64,000 nucleotides of DNA, from positions 265,060 to 329,059 of the forward strand of contig DATMMX010000011.1 in assembly GCA_035569495.1 (NCBI GenBank). The letters are read 5' to 3'. The translations under genes and the position numbers were made by a program. The notes under the pieces were generated by a model. That model saw nothing but the letters and a program-made list of their open reading frames with translations. It was not told where the DNA came from and ran no database searches. Within the stretch, counting starts at the first letter, position 1. Each line of letters opens with the position of its first letter. This DNA is from Candidatus Angelobacter sp. (GTDB lineage Bacteria > Chloroflexota > Dormibacteria > Aeolococcales > Aeolococcaceae). Shown one piece after another: positions 38,943 to 57,508 of this stretch.

Positions 38943-39515
38943 TCAGACTGGTTGAGGCTGCCTCAGGATGCGCTCCAGCGCGTACATCAGCAGACGGCGG
39001 CGGTCCTCCGGGTCGCGGTTCTCCAGCACGGCGCCGTCGACGGTGGCGATGAAGGTCTCGACGGCCAGGGGCAGCTCGTCGTCGGGGATGTGCCCGGCGA
39101 GCGCGTTGGTGAGCATGCCGCGCAGCCCGCCGCTGACCTCGTTGGCGAAGCCGGCCAGCACCGGCGAGGTGCGCGCCCGCTCGGCCAGGGAGGCGCGCAG
39201 GCGGTGCAGCGACTGCAACTCCTCGGCGAACCACAGCACCTGGTCGGCCGGCCCGGTGGCCGAGGGCGGGGTGGTCGCGATGATGCGGTCGAGCATGCGG
39301 CGCAGCGCCTGGACGAAGAGGAACTCCTTGGACGGGAAATACCAGTAGACGGCGTTCTGGGCGACGCCCAGGTCGCGCGCGATCCCGGCGATGGACAGCG
39401 CCTCCCAGCCCCCCTCCCGCAGCCGCTCCTCCGCGGCGGTCAGGATCTCCTCGACCTTCTCGTCGCGGGTGTGTTCGAGTCGCTTGCGTGGCACGTCTTG
39501 GTGACCTCCCAACAT
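38943..39515 (-). CDS. TetR/AcrR-family transcriptional regulator.
   Basis: EEILTAAEERLREGGWEALSIAGIARDLGVAQNAVYWYFPSKEFL. Confidence 0.8.
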   Translation of the reverse strand: MLGGHQDVPRKRLEHTRDEKVEEILTAAEERLREGGWEALSIAGIARDLGVAQNAVYWYFPSKEFLFVQALRRMLDRIIATTPPSATGPADQVLWFAEELQSLHRLRASLAERARTSPVLAGFANEVSGGLRGMLTNALAGHIPDDELPLAVETFIATVDGAVLENRDPEDRRRLLMYALERILRQPQPV

Positions 39516-39548
39516 GGAGGGTACCAGGGCGGGCGCTCGATCAGTTGC

Positions 39549-41612
39549 TTACGCGGCTCCGGCCGTGTGCTTGCGGCGCTGCGAGACGTAGTCGACGAGG
39601 ATGTAGTCACCGAGCCGGTCGGGGCTGATGAAGAAGGCGCGTCCGCGGTTGAGGCGGGTCATCTGGTTGACGAACTGCACCAGGTGGTAGTTCGACTCGA
39701 GCATGAAGGTGTTGATGACGATGTTCTCGCGGGTGCAGCGCTGCACCTCGACCAGCGTCTTCTGGAAGGTCTCCGGCAGCGGCGGGTAGAAGAAGACCGC
39801 GCGCGACCCCTCCATGTGCGCAGTGGGCTCGCCGTCGCTGACGATGATGATCTGCTTGTTCTGCCCGTGGTAGCGGCTGAGCAGGTGGCGCGCCAGCATC
39901 AGGCCGTGCTGCATGTTGGTGCCGTACACGTATTCGTTGACGCTCAACTGTGGCAGCGCCGACGGGGTGATCTCGCGCGCGTAGTCGGAGAAGCCGATGA
40001 CGTGCAGGGTGTCGCGCGGGAACTGCGTGCGGATCAGCGAATCCAGCGCCAGCGCCACCTTCTTGGCGGCGTAGAAGTAGCCGCGCAGGGGCATGGAGCG
40101 CGACATGTCGAGCATCAGCACGGTGCACGACCGCGCCAGCGACTCGTTGCGGTGAACCTCGAAGTCGTCGGGCGACAGCTTCGGAGTGCGCCACGCGCCA
40201 CCGGCGACGCGGTGCGAGCCGACGTGCTGGTCGGCCGCCTCGCGGCGCAGCGCATTCATGATCGTCTTCTCGACGTCGAGGTCGAACGGATCGCCGAACT
40301 CATACGGCTTGGACTCGTCGCTGCGCTCGCCGCCCGCACCTTCGTGGCGCACCGCGTGATTGCCGAAGCGGTCGCGACGCAGCCGGGCGAACAGGTCGCC
40401 GAGCGCCTTCTGGCCGATGCGGCGCATGCCGCGCGCGGTGAGCTGGAAGCCGCGGCCGTCGCGCTGGATGAGCCCGGAGTCCTCGAGCTTCTTGGTGATC
40501 TGGGTGAGCTGGTCGACACTGCGCGCAGCCTCGTCGCCGAGCGCCTCGCGCAACTGCTCGCGGGTGCGCTCATCCAGCTCGCCGCCGCGATAGGCGTCGC
40601 GCAGGGAGCGCTCCAGCTCCTCCATCGACTGCAGGCGGCCCATCAGGTCCATGGCCTCGTCGAGGGGAAGCTGCTCGCCGCCGAAGAAGTTGTAGCGGTT
40701 GCCCAACCGCTGGCGCGGTGAGAGCAGTTCCAGCGCGCCCGCGAGCTGCGCCAATTCCGCCTGCAGATCGGCATCGCCGAACGCGGATTCCATCAGCTCA
40801 CCGAGCTGGCGGCGCATCTCCGGCGACAGCGACTGCATCAGCGAATCCATGCGCGCCATCTGCCGCTGCAGGTCCTCGAGGAATTCGTCGAAGGTGTCGG
40901 GCGCGTTGGGGAAGAGCTGGCCCCAGTTCTGCTTGAAGCGCTCGTACGACGACTGCAGCTGCTCGGGCGGCACGCCCTCCAGCTTCTGGCGCATCAGCTG
41001 GTTGAGGTCGCGGACCATGTCGCGCATCGCCTGCATGTCGCCCTGCGACATGTTCTGCAGGGACTGCTGCATGTCCTTGAAGTAGGTGTCGACGACGCCC
41101 TTCTTCAACTCCTCCAGCAGCTCCTGGAACTTCTGCTCGGCGCGCGGCTCCATCCACTCGTAGTCCTGGAGCTGTTTGATGGCGCCACCGGGCTCGGCGG
41201 GGAGGTTGTCCAGCGTCTCGCGGCGCTTCTTGGCGATGCGGTCCATGATCCGCTGCGCGGCTTCGTCCTTGGCCGCGTCGACGCGCTCGTCGATGCCCTG
41301 CCGCTCGGTGCGGAGGACGTTGTCGAGCTTCTCCTGGATGTCCTTGAAGACGCCGTCGAGGTTGAAGCGCTCGAGCTGCTGCTGGCGGCGGCGGCGGAGC
41401 TGCTCCATCATCTCTTCGAGGCCCTGCAGGCGGCGGCCCTGCTTGTCGCGCCAGCCCTGGGAGAGCAGGCGGCGCAATGCGGACTCGAAGTCCCAGCCGT
41501 GGAAGACGTCTTCGCTCAGCCGGCCGAAGAGCTCCTCGACATCGGGGCCTAGCGGGTCCTGGGTGCCGTCCCAGGTTTCGAAGCGATGTGGCCGGAAGTC
41601 GGGTGCGGCCAT
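39549..41612 (-). CDS. VWA-domain protein (ChlD/BchD-like C-terminus with a coiled-coil, acidic N-terminus), partner of the upstream ChlI-like ATPase.
   Basis: LMLDMSRSMPLRGYFYAAKKVALAL...IIIVSDGEPT MIDAS-containing VWA. Confidence 0.75.
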   Translation of the reverse strand: MAAPDFRPHRFETWDGTQDPLGPDVEELFGRLSEDVFHGWDFESALRRLLSQGWRDKQGRRLQGLEEMMEQLRRRRQQQLERFNLDGVFKDIQEKLDNVLRTERQGIDERVDAAKDEAAQRIMDRIAKKRRETLDNLPAEPGGAIKQLQDYEWMEPRAEQKFQELLEELKKGVVDTYFKDMQQSLQNMSQGDMQAMRDMVRDLNQLMRQKLEGVPPEQLQSSYERFKQNWGQLFPNAPDTFDEFLEDLQRQMARMDSLMQSLSPEMRRQLGELMESAFGDADLQAELAQLAGALELLSPRQRLGNRYNFFGGEQLPLDEAMDLMGRLQSMEELERSLRDAYRGGELDERTREQLREALGDEAARSVDQLTQITKKLEDSGLIQRDGRGFQLTARGMRRIGQKALGDLFARLRRDRFGNHAVRHEGAGGERSDESKPYEFGDPFDLDVEKTIMNALRREAADQHVGSHRVAGGAWRTPKLSPDDFEVHRNESLARSCTVLMLDMSRSMPLRGYFYAAKKVALALDSLIRTQFPRDTLHVIGFSDYAREITPSALPQLSVNEYVYGTNMQHGLMLARHLLSRYHGQNKQIIIVSDGEPTAHMEGSRAVFFYPPLPETFQKTLVEVQRCTRENIVINTFMLESNYHLVQFVNQMTRLNRGRAFFISPDRLGDYILVDYVSQRRKHTAGAA

Positions 41613-41627
41613 CAGCGAGGCTCCGTT

Positions 41628-43028
41628 TCAGCCGCCGTAGATGGTGCTGCCGTCGATCGGCGTCTTGTTGAGCCGCTTCGACAGGTGCAGCCCTTCGAGG
41701 ACGAACTCCAGCACCGCCGCGCGCGACGCCGCAGTGCTTGGCTCATCCAGCTTGGCCAGCGCCTTGTCAATGCCCGGCAATTCGCGCATCGGCTGCTCGT
41801 AGGTGGCGGCGGCGGCGTGATCACTGACCTCGACGGTGAAGCCCCCGCGGTCGAACCGCTGCACCAGCTCGGTGAACTCCTGCACCGTGAAGTGACGGCG
41901 GAAGACGTTGCTCGACGCGGTGCGCATGATCTTCTCCAGCACCGACTGGTCGTCGTTCTCCTCCCACGTCTCCAGCTCCAGCTTGCCGGCGCTCGACGGC
42001 ACCAGCGCAGGCAGGTCGCTGATCCGCGGCACCGCCTCGTTCTCGCCGGTGAGAATGGCGCGACGCAATGCGTTGGCGACCAGGTTCTCGTAGTTGGCGA
42101 TGCTGACGCGCACCGACACGCCGGAGCGCTGGTTCACCTGCGGGTTGCGCCGGGCGAGATGGGTGATCTCGGCGATGATCTCCTTCATGTAGCCGGGCAC
42201 GCGCACATTCGCGGGCGAATCCTCGAAGTGCATGCGCTCCTGCTCCACGATGGCGATCTCGTGGTCGAGCGTCCTGGGGTAGTGGGTGCGGATCTGCGCC
42301 CCGAAGCGGTCCTTGAGCGGGGTGATGATGCGGCCGCGGTTGGTGTAGTCCTCGGGGTTGGCGGTGGCCACGACGTACACGTCGAGGGGCAGGCGGATGC
42401 GGTAGCCGCGGATCTGCACGTCGCGCTCTTCGATGATGTTGAGCAGGCCGACCTGGATGCGCTCGGCGAGGTCGGGCAGCTCGTTGATGGCGAAGATGCC
42501 GCGGTTGGTGCGCGGCACCAGGCCGTAGTGGATGGTCAGCTCGTCGCTGAGGTAGCGGCCCTCGGCCACCTTGACCGGGTCGACCTCGCCGATCAGGTCG
42601 GCGATCGACGTGTCCGGCGTGGCCAGCTTCTCGCTGTAGCGGCTGTCGCGGTGCAGCCAGGCGATCGGCGCGTCGTCGCCCTGCTCGGCGACCAGCTCGC
42701 GGCAGCGGCGGCAGATGGGGGCGTAGGGGTCGTCGTTGATCTCGCAGCCGGCCAGCGCGGGGATGTGCTCGTCGAGCAGTGAGACCAGGGCGCGCACCAG
42801 CCGCGACTTGGCCTGCCCGCGCTCGCCGAGCAGCACGATGTCCTGGCCGGCGAGGATGGCGTTCTCCAGCTGTGGGATCACCGTCTCCTCGTAGCCGCGG
42901 ATCTCGGGGAAGAGCGGCTCGCCCGCGCTCAGCTTGCGGATCAGATTCCGGCGCAACTCCGCCTTGACGGAGTCGACCCGGTACTCGCTGCGGCGGAGCT
43001 CGCCGACGGTGGTGGGCAGTCCTGGCAT
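41628..43028 (-). CDS. Mg-chelatase ChlI/BchI-like AAA+ ATPase.
   Basis: DIVLLGERGQAKSRLVRAL (Walker A). GIFAINELPDL (Walker B-like). VVATANPEDYTNRGRIITPLKDRF. Confidence 0.8.
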   Translation of the reverse strand: MPGLPTTVGELRRSEYRVDSVKAELRRNLIRKLSAGEPLFPEIRGYEETVIPQLENAILAGQDIVLLGERGQAKSRLVRALVSLLDEHIPALAGCEINDDPYAPICRRCRELVAEQGDDAPIAWLHRDSRYSEKLATPDTSIADLIGEVDPVKVAEGRYLSDELTIHYGLVPRTNRGIFAINELPDLAERIQVGLLNIIEERDVQIRGYRIRLPLDVYVVATANPEDYTNRGRIITPLKDRFGAQIRTHYPRTLDHEIAIVEQERMHFEDSPANVRVPGYMKEIIAEITHLARRNPQVNQRSGVSVRVSIANYENLVANALRRAILTGENEAVPRISDLPALVPSSAGKLELETWEENDDQSVLEKIMRTASSNVFRRHFTVQEFTELVQRFDRGGFTVEVSDHAAAATYEQPMRELPGIDKALAKLDEPSTAASRAAVLEFVLEGLHLSKRLNKTPIDGSTIYGG

Positions 43029-43091
43029 GAGGAACGCCAGCGTACACCCGCAGGTGCAGTGCTGAGGCGCGCTCGGCGGCGCACCGCCGGG

Positions 43092-44552
43092 TCAGGCCAG
43101 GACGCGGTCCGCGGCGGCCGCCGACTCGACGCGGCGGAGGCGCCGGGCGGCGCGGAGGCGTTCGACGAGACGGGCGGCGATCTCCGGGTCCTGGCCGAAG
43201 TGGAGCTGGACGAAGGAGGCGACCAGGCGGGGGTCGGTCCAGCCCTCGCAGCCGAGCGGCTCGCCGTCGCAGTCGTGCATGGAGTAGGCGGCGCGGAAGC
43301 GGTCGGTGGCGGTGAGCAGCGTGGAGAAGTGGAACTCGTGGCCGCGCAGGCGGGTGCCGGCGGGGCCGAGCAGGCAGTCGCTCATCAGGCGGACGTCGCG
43401 GTAGCCCATGTTCGGCGCCTCGGACAGCGCCACGTCGATGGGCAGCACCCCCGACATGTCGTGCACCACGCCGTCGCCGGTGCGCAGCGAGCGCGACAGC
43501 AGCAGGGTGCCGCCGCCCTCGGCGTAGATGGGCAGCCCCTGCTGGTGGGCCCGCTTCAGAGAGTCGAGCATGGGGCGGTTGGCGGCGAGCAGCGGGGCGA
43601 AGACGTCGGAGAAGCCGCCGCCGAAGTAGAGGCCGTCGACGTCGCGCGGCACCGAGCGCTCGTCGAGCGGCGAGAAGGGCACGATCTCGCAGCCCGCGTC
43701 CTCGAGCAGCTCCAGGTTCTCGGGGTAGTAGAAGCAGAAGGCGTCGTCGAAGGCGACGCCGAGGCGGAGCGAGTCGCTGTGCACGGCGACCACCGGGCGG
43801 GGCGCGGGGGCCAGCGGCTGGGCGGCGGTCATCAGGCGCTCGATGAGGTCGAGGTCGCAGTGGCGCTCGACGGCGTCCCCGAGCAGCTCCAGGGCGGCGT
43901 CGACCTGCGGGTTCTCGGTCAGCGGCAGCAGCCCCATGCGTAGCTCGGGGATGCGCGCCGCCTCCATGCGCGGCAGCGAGCCGAGCACGGGCAGCTTGGC
44001 CAGCGACCACACGGCGTCCTCGACCAGGCGGCGGTGGTAGTCGCTGGGCACCTCGTTGAGAATCACCCCGATCAGGCGCAGGTTGGGGTCGAGCTGGCGC
44101 ACGCCCAGCGCGACGGCGGCGGCGGTCTCGCCCATGGCGGTGACGTCGAGCACCAGGACCACCGGCGAGTCGGCGAGCCGGGCGACCTCGGCGGTGCTGC
44201 CCGGGAACGGGTAGGCGCCGGAGGCGCGCGCCTCGTCGGGTGAGAGGCCGTGGCCGTCGAAGATGCCCATCACGCCCTCGATGACGGCGCGGTCGGCGCC
44301 GGTGCTGCCCTGGGCCAGGGCGCGGCGCAGGCCGTTGCCGCCGAGCATCCAGGCGTCGAGGTTGCGGCAGGGGCGGCGCGAGGCGTGGGAGAGGTAGGCG
44401 CTGTCGATGAGGTCGGGTCCGACCTTGAAGGTCTGCACGACGTGGTCGCGGCGGGACAGCGCGGTCACCAGCCCCAGCGTCACGGTCGTCTTGCCGGCAC
44501 CCGAGTGAGCGCCGGCGACCACCAGACGCGGGATGCGAACCTCGTCGAACAT
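43092..44552 (-). CDS. cbiA: Cobyrinate a,c-diamide synthase.
   Basis: LVVAGAHSGAGKTTVTLGL, GPDLIDSAYLSHASRRPCRNLD, C-terminal glutamine amidotransferase GATase domain DGLYFGGGFSDVF. Confidence 0.85.
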   Translation of the reverse strand: MFDEVRIPRLVVAGAHSGAGKTTVTLGLVTALSRRDHVVQTFKVGPDLIDSAYLSHASRRPCRNLDAWMLGGNGLRRALAQGSTGADRAVIEGVMGIFDGHGLSPDEARASGAYPFPGSTAEVARLADSPVVLVLDVTAMGETAAAVALGVRQLDPNLRLIGVILNEVPSDYHRRLVEDAVWSLAKLPVLGSLPRMEAARIPELRMGLLPLTENPQVDAALELLGDAVERHCDLDLIERLMTAAQPLAPAPRPVVAVHSDSLRLGVAFDDAFCFYYPENLELLEDAGCEIVPFSPLDERSVPRDVDGLYFGGGFSDVFAPLLAANRPMLDSLKRAHQQGLPIYAEGGGTLLLSRSLRTGDGVVHDMSGVLPIDVALSEAPNMGYRDVRLMSDCLLGPAGTRLRGHEFHFSTLLTATDRFRAAYSMHDCDGEPLGCEGWTDPRLVASFVQLHFGQDPEIAARLVERLRAARRLRRVESAAAADRVLA

Positions 44553-44725
44553 CAGCAGCTCCCGTGCCCTGCCCTTTTCCGACTCAACGCGACGCCTCCA
44601 GAGCGACGCGGCGGAAGAGGGCGACGCGGTGGGAGAGCGCGGGTCAGCCGGCGGTCTGGTCGGAAAGCGACGCTATCACCGGTTTGCGGTCGTGTAAAGC
44701 CGGTGGCGCCTGGAAAACCGCTCGG
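44553..44725 (-). promoter_or_regulatory. Long (173 nt) structured leader upstream of cbiA. Candidate cobalamin riboswitch.
   Basis: Gap between the recJ stop and the cbiA start. Minus-strand RNA contains GCCACCGG (B12-box-like GCCACUG) and GGUGAUAGCG / AAACCGG elements. Not verifiable by eye. Confidence 0.25.
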
Positions 44726-46474
44726 TCAGGCGGGGGCGCCAACCGCAACCGGAGCAGCGGAAACCACGATCGGCGCAGCCGCGGCGGACGGCCGCAGGTC
44801 GCGCAGCCGCATGCGGACGCGCTCACGTCCGTCCCACTCGTCCAGCTCCAGGGCGAAGCAGCAGTCGATGCGCCGGCCGCGGGGCAGGTGCTTCTCGACG
44901 CCCGGCTTGTTGAAGGCGATCGCCTCGGCCATGCCGCCGCCCTCGTCGCGCACCAGGACGCGCAGGTGCTGCCGCGTGGCGCCGAAGGACGACGCCGCCA
45001 TCACCGTGCAGTCGCGCATCGCCAGCAGGGCGTCGTGGTTGCCCTGGCCGCAGGGCTCCAGCGCGCTCAGCTCGCGGCACAGGTCGGGGACCAGCTCGGC
45101 GGCGGTGACCACCGCGTCGACGCGGAAGACGCGCTCGGGCGGCGCCTCCCCCATCTGCGCGGCGACGGCGGGCAGGAGCAGCGCGGCGAACTCCTCGAAG
45201 CGCGCGGCCTGCAGCGAGAAGCCGGCGGCCAGCGCGTGCCCGCCGTAGCGGAGCAGGGCGGTGGCGGCGGCGTCGAGCGCCTTGACCACGTGCACGCCGC
45301 GCACCGAGCGCGCCGAGCCCTTGGCCTCCTCGGCGTCCAGGCAGGCGACGAAGCTGGGCCGCGCGTACTTCTCGGTGATCCGCCCCGCCACCAGGCCGAC
45401 GATGCCCATGGGCCACGAGGGATCGCCGAGGATCACGGCGGGGATGTCGTCGGGCAGCAGGGCGATGCGCTCCTCGGCCTGCTCCAGGGCGCGGGCCACG
45501 GCCTCGCGGCGGACCTGGTTCTGCGCCTCGAGCTGGGCGGCGATCTCCGACGCCTCGGGCCCGTCGGCGGCGAGGCAGAGGCGGAGGGCGAGCTCGGCGT
45601 CCTCCATGCGCCCGGCGGCGTTGATCCGCGGGGCGAGGCCGAAGGCGATGTCCGAGGCGCGCAGCGGTGGGCGCAGCCCGGCGGCGGCGCAGAGGGCGCG
45701 CACGCCGGGGGAGGGATCGGCGGAGAGCTGGGCCAGGCCGCGGGCGACGATCAGGCGGTTCTCACCGCGCAGCGGCATCATGTCGGCCACCGTGCCCAGG
45801 GCGGCGAGGCCCAGGCCCTGCTCGGCGGAGCCGGTGGGGACGATGCCCTCCATCTCCAGCGCCTGGAGCAGCTTCCAGGCGACGCCCGCCCCGGCCAGGG
45901 CGTCGAACGGGTAGACGTTGCCGGGCTGCTTGGGGTTGATCAGCGCGTCGGCGGGGGCGAGCGCGGGCGGGGTGTCGCCCGGCGCCAGGGGCAGGTGGTG
46001 GTCGGTGATCACCACGCGCATCCCGGCGGGACGGTTGCGCACCACCTCGACGCTGCTGGTGCCGCAGTCGACGGTGATCACCAGGTGGACGCCGCGCCGC
46101 CCCAATTCTTCCAATGCTGCAGCGTGGAGGCCGTAGCCCTCGGTCATCCGGTTGGGGATGTAGGGCTGGACGTCGGCGCCCGCGGCGCGCAGGGCGATGG
46201 TGAGCATGGCGCAGGCGGTGACCCCGTCGGCGTCGTAGTCGCCGTAGACGGCGATGCGCTGCCGCTCACGCACCGCCACGCCCACGGCGATCACCGCCTC
46301 GGGCATGCCGGTGAGCAGGAAGGGGTCGGGGTGGCCGTGCTCGCCGGCGTCGAGGAGGTCGCGTGCAGTGGAGGCGTCGTAACCCCGGGCGGCGAGGACG
46401 CGGCCGAGCACCGGTGGAAGGCCGGGCAGGGCGGGGAGGTCGGTGATCTCCCAGCGGCGGGGGGCTGGTTTCAT
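44726..46474 (-). CDS. recJ: Single-stranded-DNA-specific exonuclease RecJ.
   Basis: DHH motifs AVYGDYDADGVTACAML, VITVDCG, ITDHH. ATG at 46474. The 5' 450 nt of the listed ORF is non-coding. Confidence 0.85.
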   Translation of the reverse strand: MKPAPRRWEITDLPALPGLPPVLGRVLAARGYDASTARDLLDAGEHGHPDPFLLTGMPEAVIAVGVAVRERQRIAVYGDYDADGVTACAMLTIALRAAGADVQPYIPNRMTEGYGLHAAALEELGRRGVHLVITVDCGTSSVEVVRNRPAGMRVVITDHHLPLAPGDTPPALAPADALINPKQPGNVYPFDALAGAGVAWKLLQALEMEGIVPTGSAEQGLGLAALGTVADMMPLRGENRLIVARGLAQLSADPSPGVRALCAAAGLRPPLRASDIAFGLAPRINAAGRMEDAELALRLCLAADGPEASEIAAQLEAQNQVRREAVARALEQAEERIALLPDDIPAVILGDPSWPMGIVGLVAGRITEKYARPSFVACLDAEEAKGSARSVRGVHVVKALDAAATALLRYGGHALAAGFSLQAARFEEFAALLLPAVAAQMGEAPPERVFRVDAVVTAAELVPDLCRELSALEPCGQGNHDALLAMRDCTVMAASSFGATRQHLRVLVRDEGGGMAEAIAFNKPGVEKHLPRGRRIDCCFALELDEWDGRERVRMRLRDLRPSAAAAPIVVSAAPVAVGAPA

Positions 46475-46558
46475 GGGGTGCTCGATACCGGAACGGATGC
46501 TCGCACGGACGTTCGTTAGTTTAAGCGCTGGAGCCGTGCAAGTGGGACACTTCCTGGC

Positions 46559-47253
46559 ATGAGGCAGGAGTCCGGCATCGGGGCCCGCGTGGGGTCGATG
46601 CAAGCACATCGCGAGGCTGTGGCCGCCTGGTTCGGCCTCGGCGCCGACCAGCTCGACGCGCTGTCTGACGAGCTGATCATGGCCATGGCCGAGCGGCTCG
46701 CCGGCGAGGGCGCGCTGCAGGGCCAGATCGCCGAGCTGCGCACCAGCGCCCAGCGCTGGGCGGTGCTGGCCCGGACCGACGCGCTCACCGGCCTGGCCAA
46801 CCGCCGCGCCGCCGAGGAACGCCTGGAGCAGGAGACCAAGCGGGCCGTCCGCTACGAGCGCCCGCTCACCGTGCTGATCGCCGATGTCGACGGGCTCAAG
46901 GCGATCAACGACGAGCACGGCCACCCCGCCGGTGACGCCGTGCTCGGCGAGCTGGCCACGCGCCTGGGCCGGGTTGTCCGGGCCAGCGATATGCTCGCCC
47001 GCTGGGGTGGCGACGAGTTCCTGATGATCTGCCCGGAGACCGACGCCGAGGCCGCCGCGCAGGTGGCCGAGCGCCTGGTCCGCGAGGCCGACGGCATCGT
47101 CGAGGCGGGCGACGCGCGCATCGCCTGCGGCCTGTCCGTGGGCTGGGCGACCGCCACCGAGAAGCCCGACGCGCGCCGCCTGGTGCGGGCGGCGGACAAG
47201 GCGCTGTACTACAGCAAGCAGTCGGGACGGGGCCGGGCGACGGGGGCCGGCGG

Positions 47254-47257
<4 letters not shown>
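46559..47257 (+). CDS. GGDEF-domain diguanylate cyclase with a short N-terminal coiled coil.
   Basis: DALTGLANRRAAEERL...LIADVDGLKAINDEHGHPAGDAVL...RWGGDEF. Confidence 0.8.
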
Positions 47258-49998
<2,741 letters not shown>

Positions 49999-50206
49999 GT
50001 GCTCGTCTCTCCTCGCCGCCGTGCGCGGGCGGCATGACATCGCGCAGTTCGATCGCGACCCCATGATCCCACTCGGGCCGGGGCACCCGCGTGGACGTCA
50101 AATGAGCGCGAGGACCACCACAAGCCTGGAGAGAACCTGCTAACCTGACTATCACTATGTTCGCCCAGCGACCCACGTCCGCCGCCCCGCAGCGCTCCGC
50201 GCGGCG

Positions 50207-52321
<2,115 letters not shown>

Positions 52322-52381
52322 GGTCACCCATCGCATAAGCTGCCGAGAAGGCATGCCAGCGATGACCACCGGCACGGCGCG

Positions 52382-54361
<1,980 letters not shown>

Positions 54362-54365
54362 TGTC

Positions 54366-56011
<1,646 letters not shown>

Positions 56012-56015
<4 letters not shown>

Positions 56016-57508
56016 GCCTCGACGTGCTGGCGGCTCATGGGCTGCCCGACACCGCCGTCCTCGGCGAGTACCTGCAGCGGCAGCGCTGGTACGCGGGGCG
56101 CAGCCGCGTGCTGCGCGACGTGCGCGTCCTCGACGCCGCCGTGCTGCAGGAGGGCAATCCCGCCCTTGTCTTCGTGCTGCTCGGCGCCTCGTACGGCGAC
56201 GGCGGCGAGGAGCGCTACCAGGTCCCCCTGGCGGTGCGCGAGGGCGACCCGCCCGCCGACCTCGGCGAGCGCCTGGTCGCCCAGGGCGAGCAGGACGGCC
56301 GCATGCTCAGCGTCTACGACGGTCTCGCCGAGCCCTCGCTGGCCTGGTGGTTCTGGCAGGCGATGGCCGAAACAAGCGCGCTGCGAACGGACGCCGGTGA
56401 GCTGCTCTTCCGCTCCGAGGGCGTGACCCTCGACGGCCCCGGTCCCGACACGGTGCGCAGCCTGGGCCGCGAGCAGAGCAACACCTCGCTGGTGCGCGGC
56501 GACGCCGAGGTGCTCAAGATCATGCGGCGCATCGAGTCCGGCCCCACGCCGGAGCTGGAGATGACGCTGGCGCTGTCGCGCGCGGGTTTCACCCACATCG
56601 CCAGGCCCCTCGGCTCCGGCGAGTACGTGTCCGGCGACGCCGAGCCCGCCCTGGCGGCGATGCTCCAGGAGTACCTGCACAACGGCACCGAGGGCTGGTC
56701 GCTGGCGCTCACCTCGCTGCGCGACCTCTACGCCAACGCCGAGGAGGCGCCGCCCCAGGACGACGCGGCGCGGCGCCTGGCGGTGCAGGAGCAGGGCTCG
56801 TCCTTCCAGCCCGAGGCGGGGCGGCTCGGCGAGGTGACCGCGGAGATGCACCTGGCGCTGGCCTCGCCGGACCTGCCCGAGGCGATGCGCGCCGAGCCGC
56901 TCACGGCGCCGATGCTCGACACCTGGGCCGGCGAGATGACCGCCGAGCTGGACCGCCTGCTCGGCAACGACTCGCCGATGCTCGCCCCGCTGCGGGCCCG
57001 CCGTCCCGCCATCGTGGCCAGGTTCGAGGCGCTGCGCTCGCTGTCCGACGCCGGCCTCGCCATCCGCATCCACGGCGACTACCACCTCGGCCAGGTGCTC
57101 CGCGTCGATGCCGGCTGGGTGATCCTCGACTTCGAGGGCGAGCCCGACCGGCCGCTGGCGGCGCGCCGGGTGCGCTCCTCGCCCCTGCGCGACGTCGCCG
57201 CCATGCTGCGCTCCTTCCACTACGCGGCGGCCGCGGCGCTGATGGAACGCTGCGCGCCGGACAGCACTGACTGGGAGCCGCTGTTCCTCCAGGGCGTGCA
57301 GTGGGCGGATGCCAGCGGCGAAGCCTTCTGGAACGCATACCTCGAGCGCGCGTCGCAGGGCGACCTGCTGCCGCCGCCGGCGGCGGTCAACGCACTGTGC
57401 GACGCCTTCACGTTGCAGAAGGCGGTGTACGAGGTGGGGTACGAATTGGGACACCGCCCCGACTGGGTGAGCATCCCCCTGCGCCAGCTGCTCTCGGAGA
57501 ACCCATGA
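56012..57508 (+). CDS. Maltokinase (Pep2/Mak).
   Basis: Overlaps the treS stop. [16 protein letters not shown]-terminal cap domain. Kinase-like C-terminus ([16 protein letters not shown]). Confidence 0.8.

Noticed and set aside
44564-46519. 651-aa plus-strand ORF antisense to recJ
   Set aside because: Gly/Ala/Asp-rich antisense artefact. recJ DHH motifs are on the minus strand.
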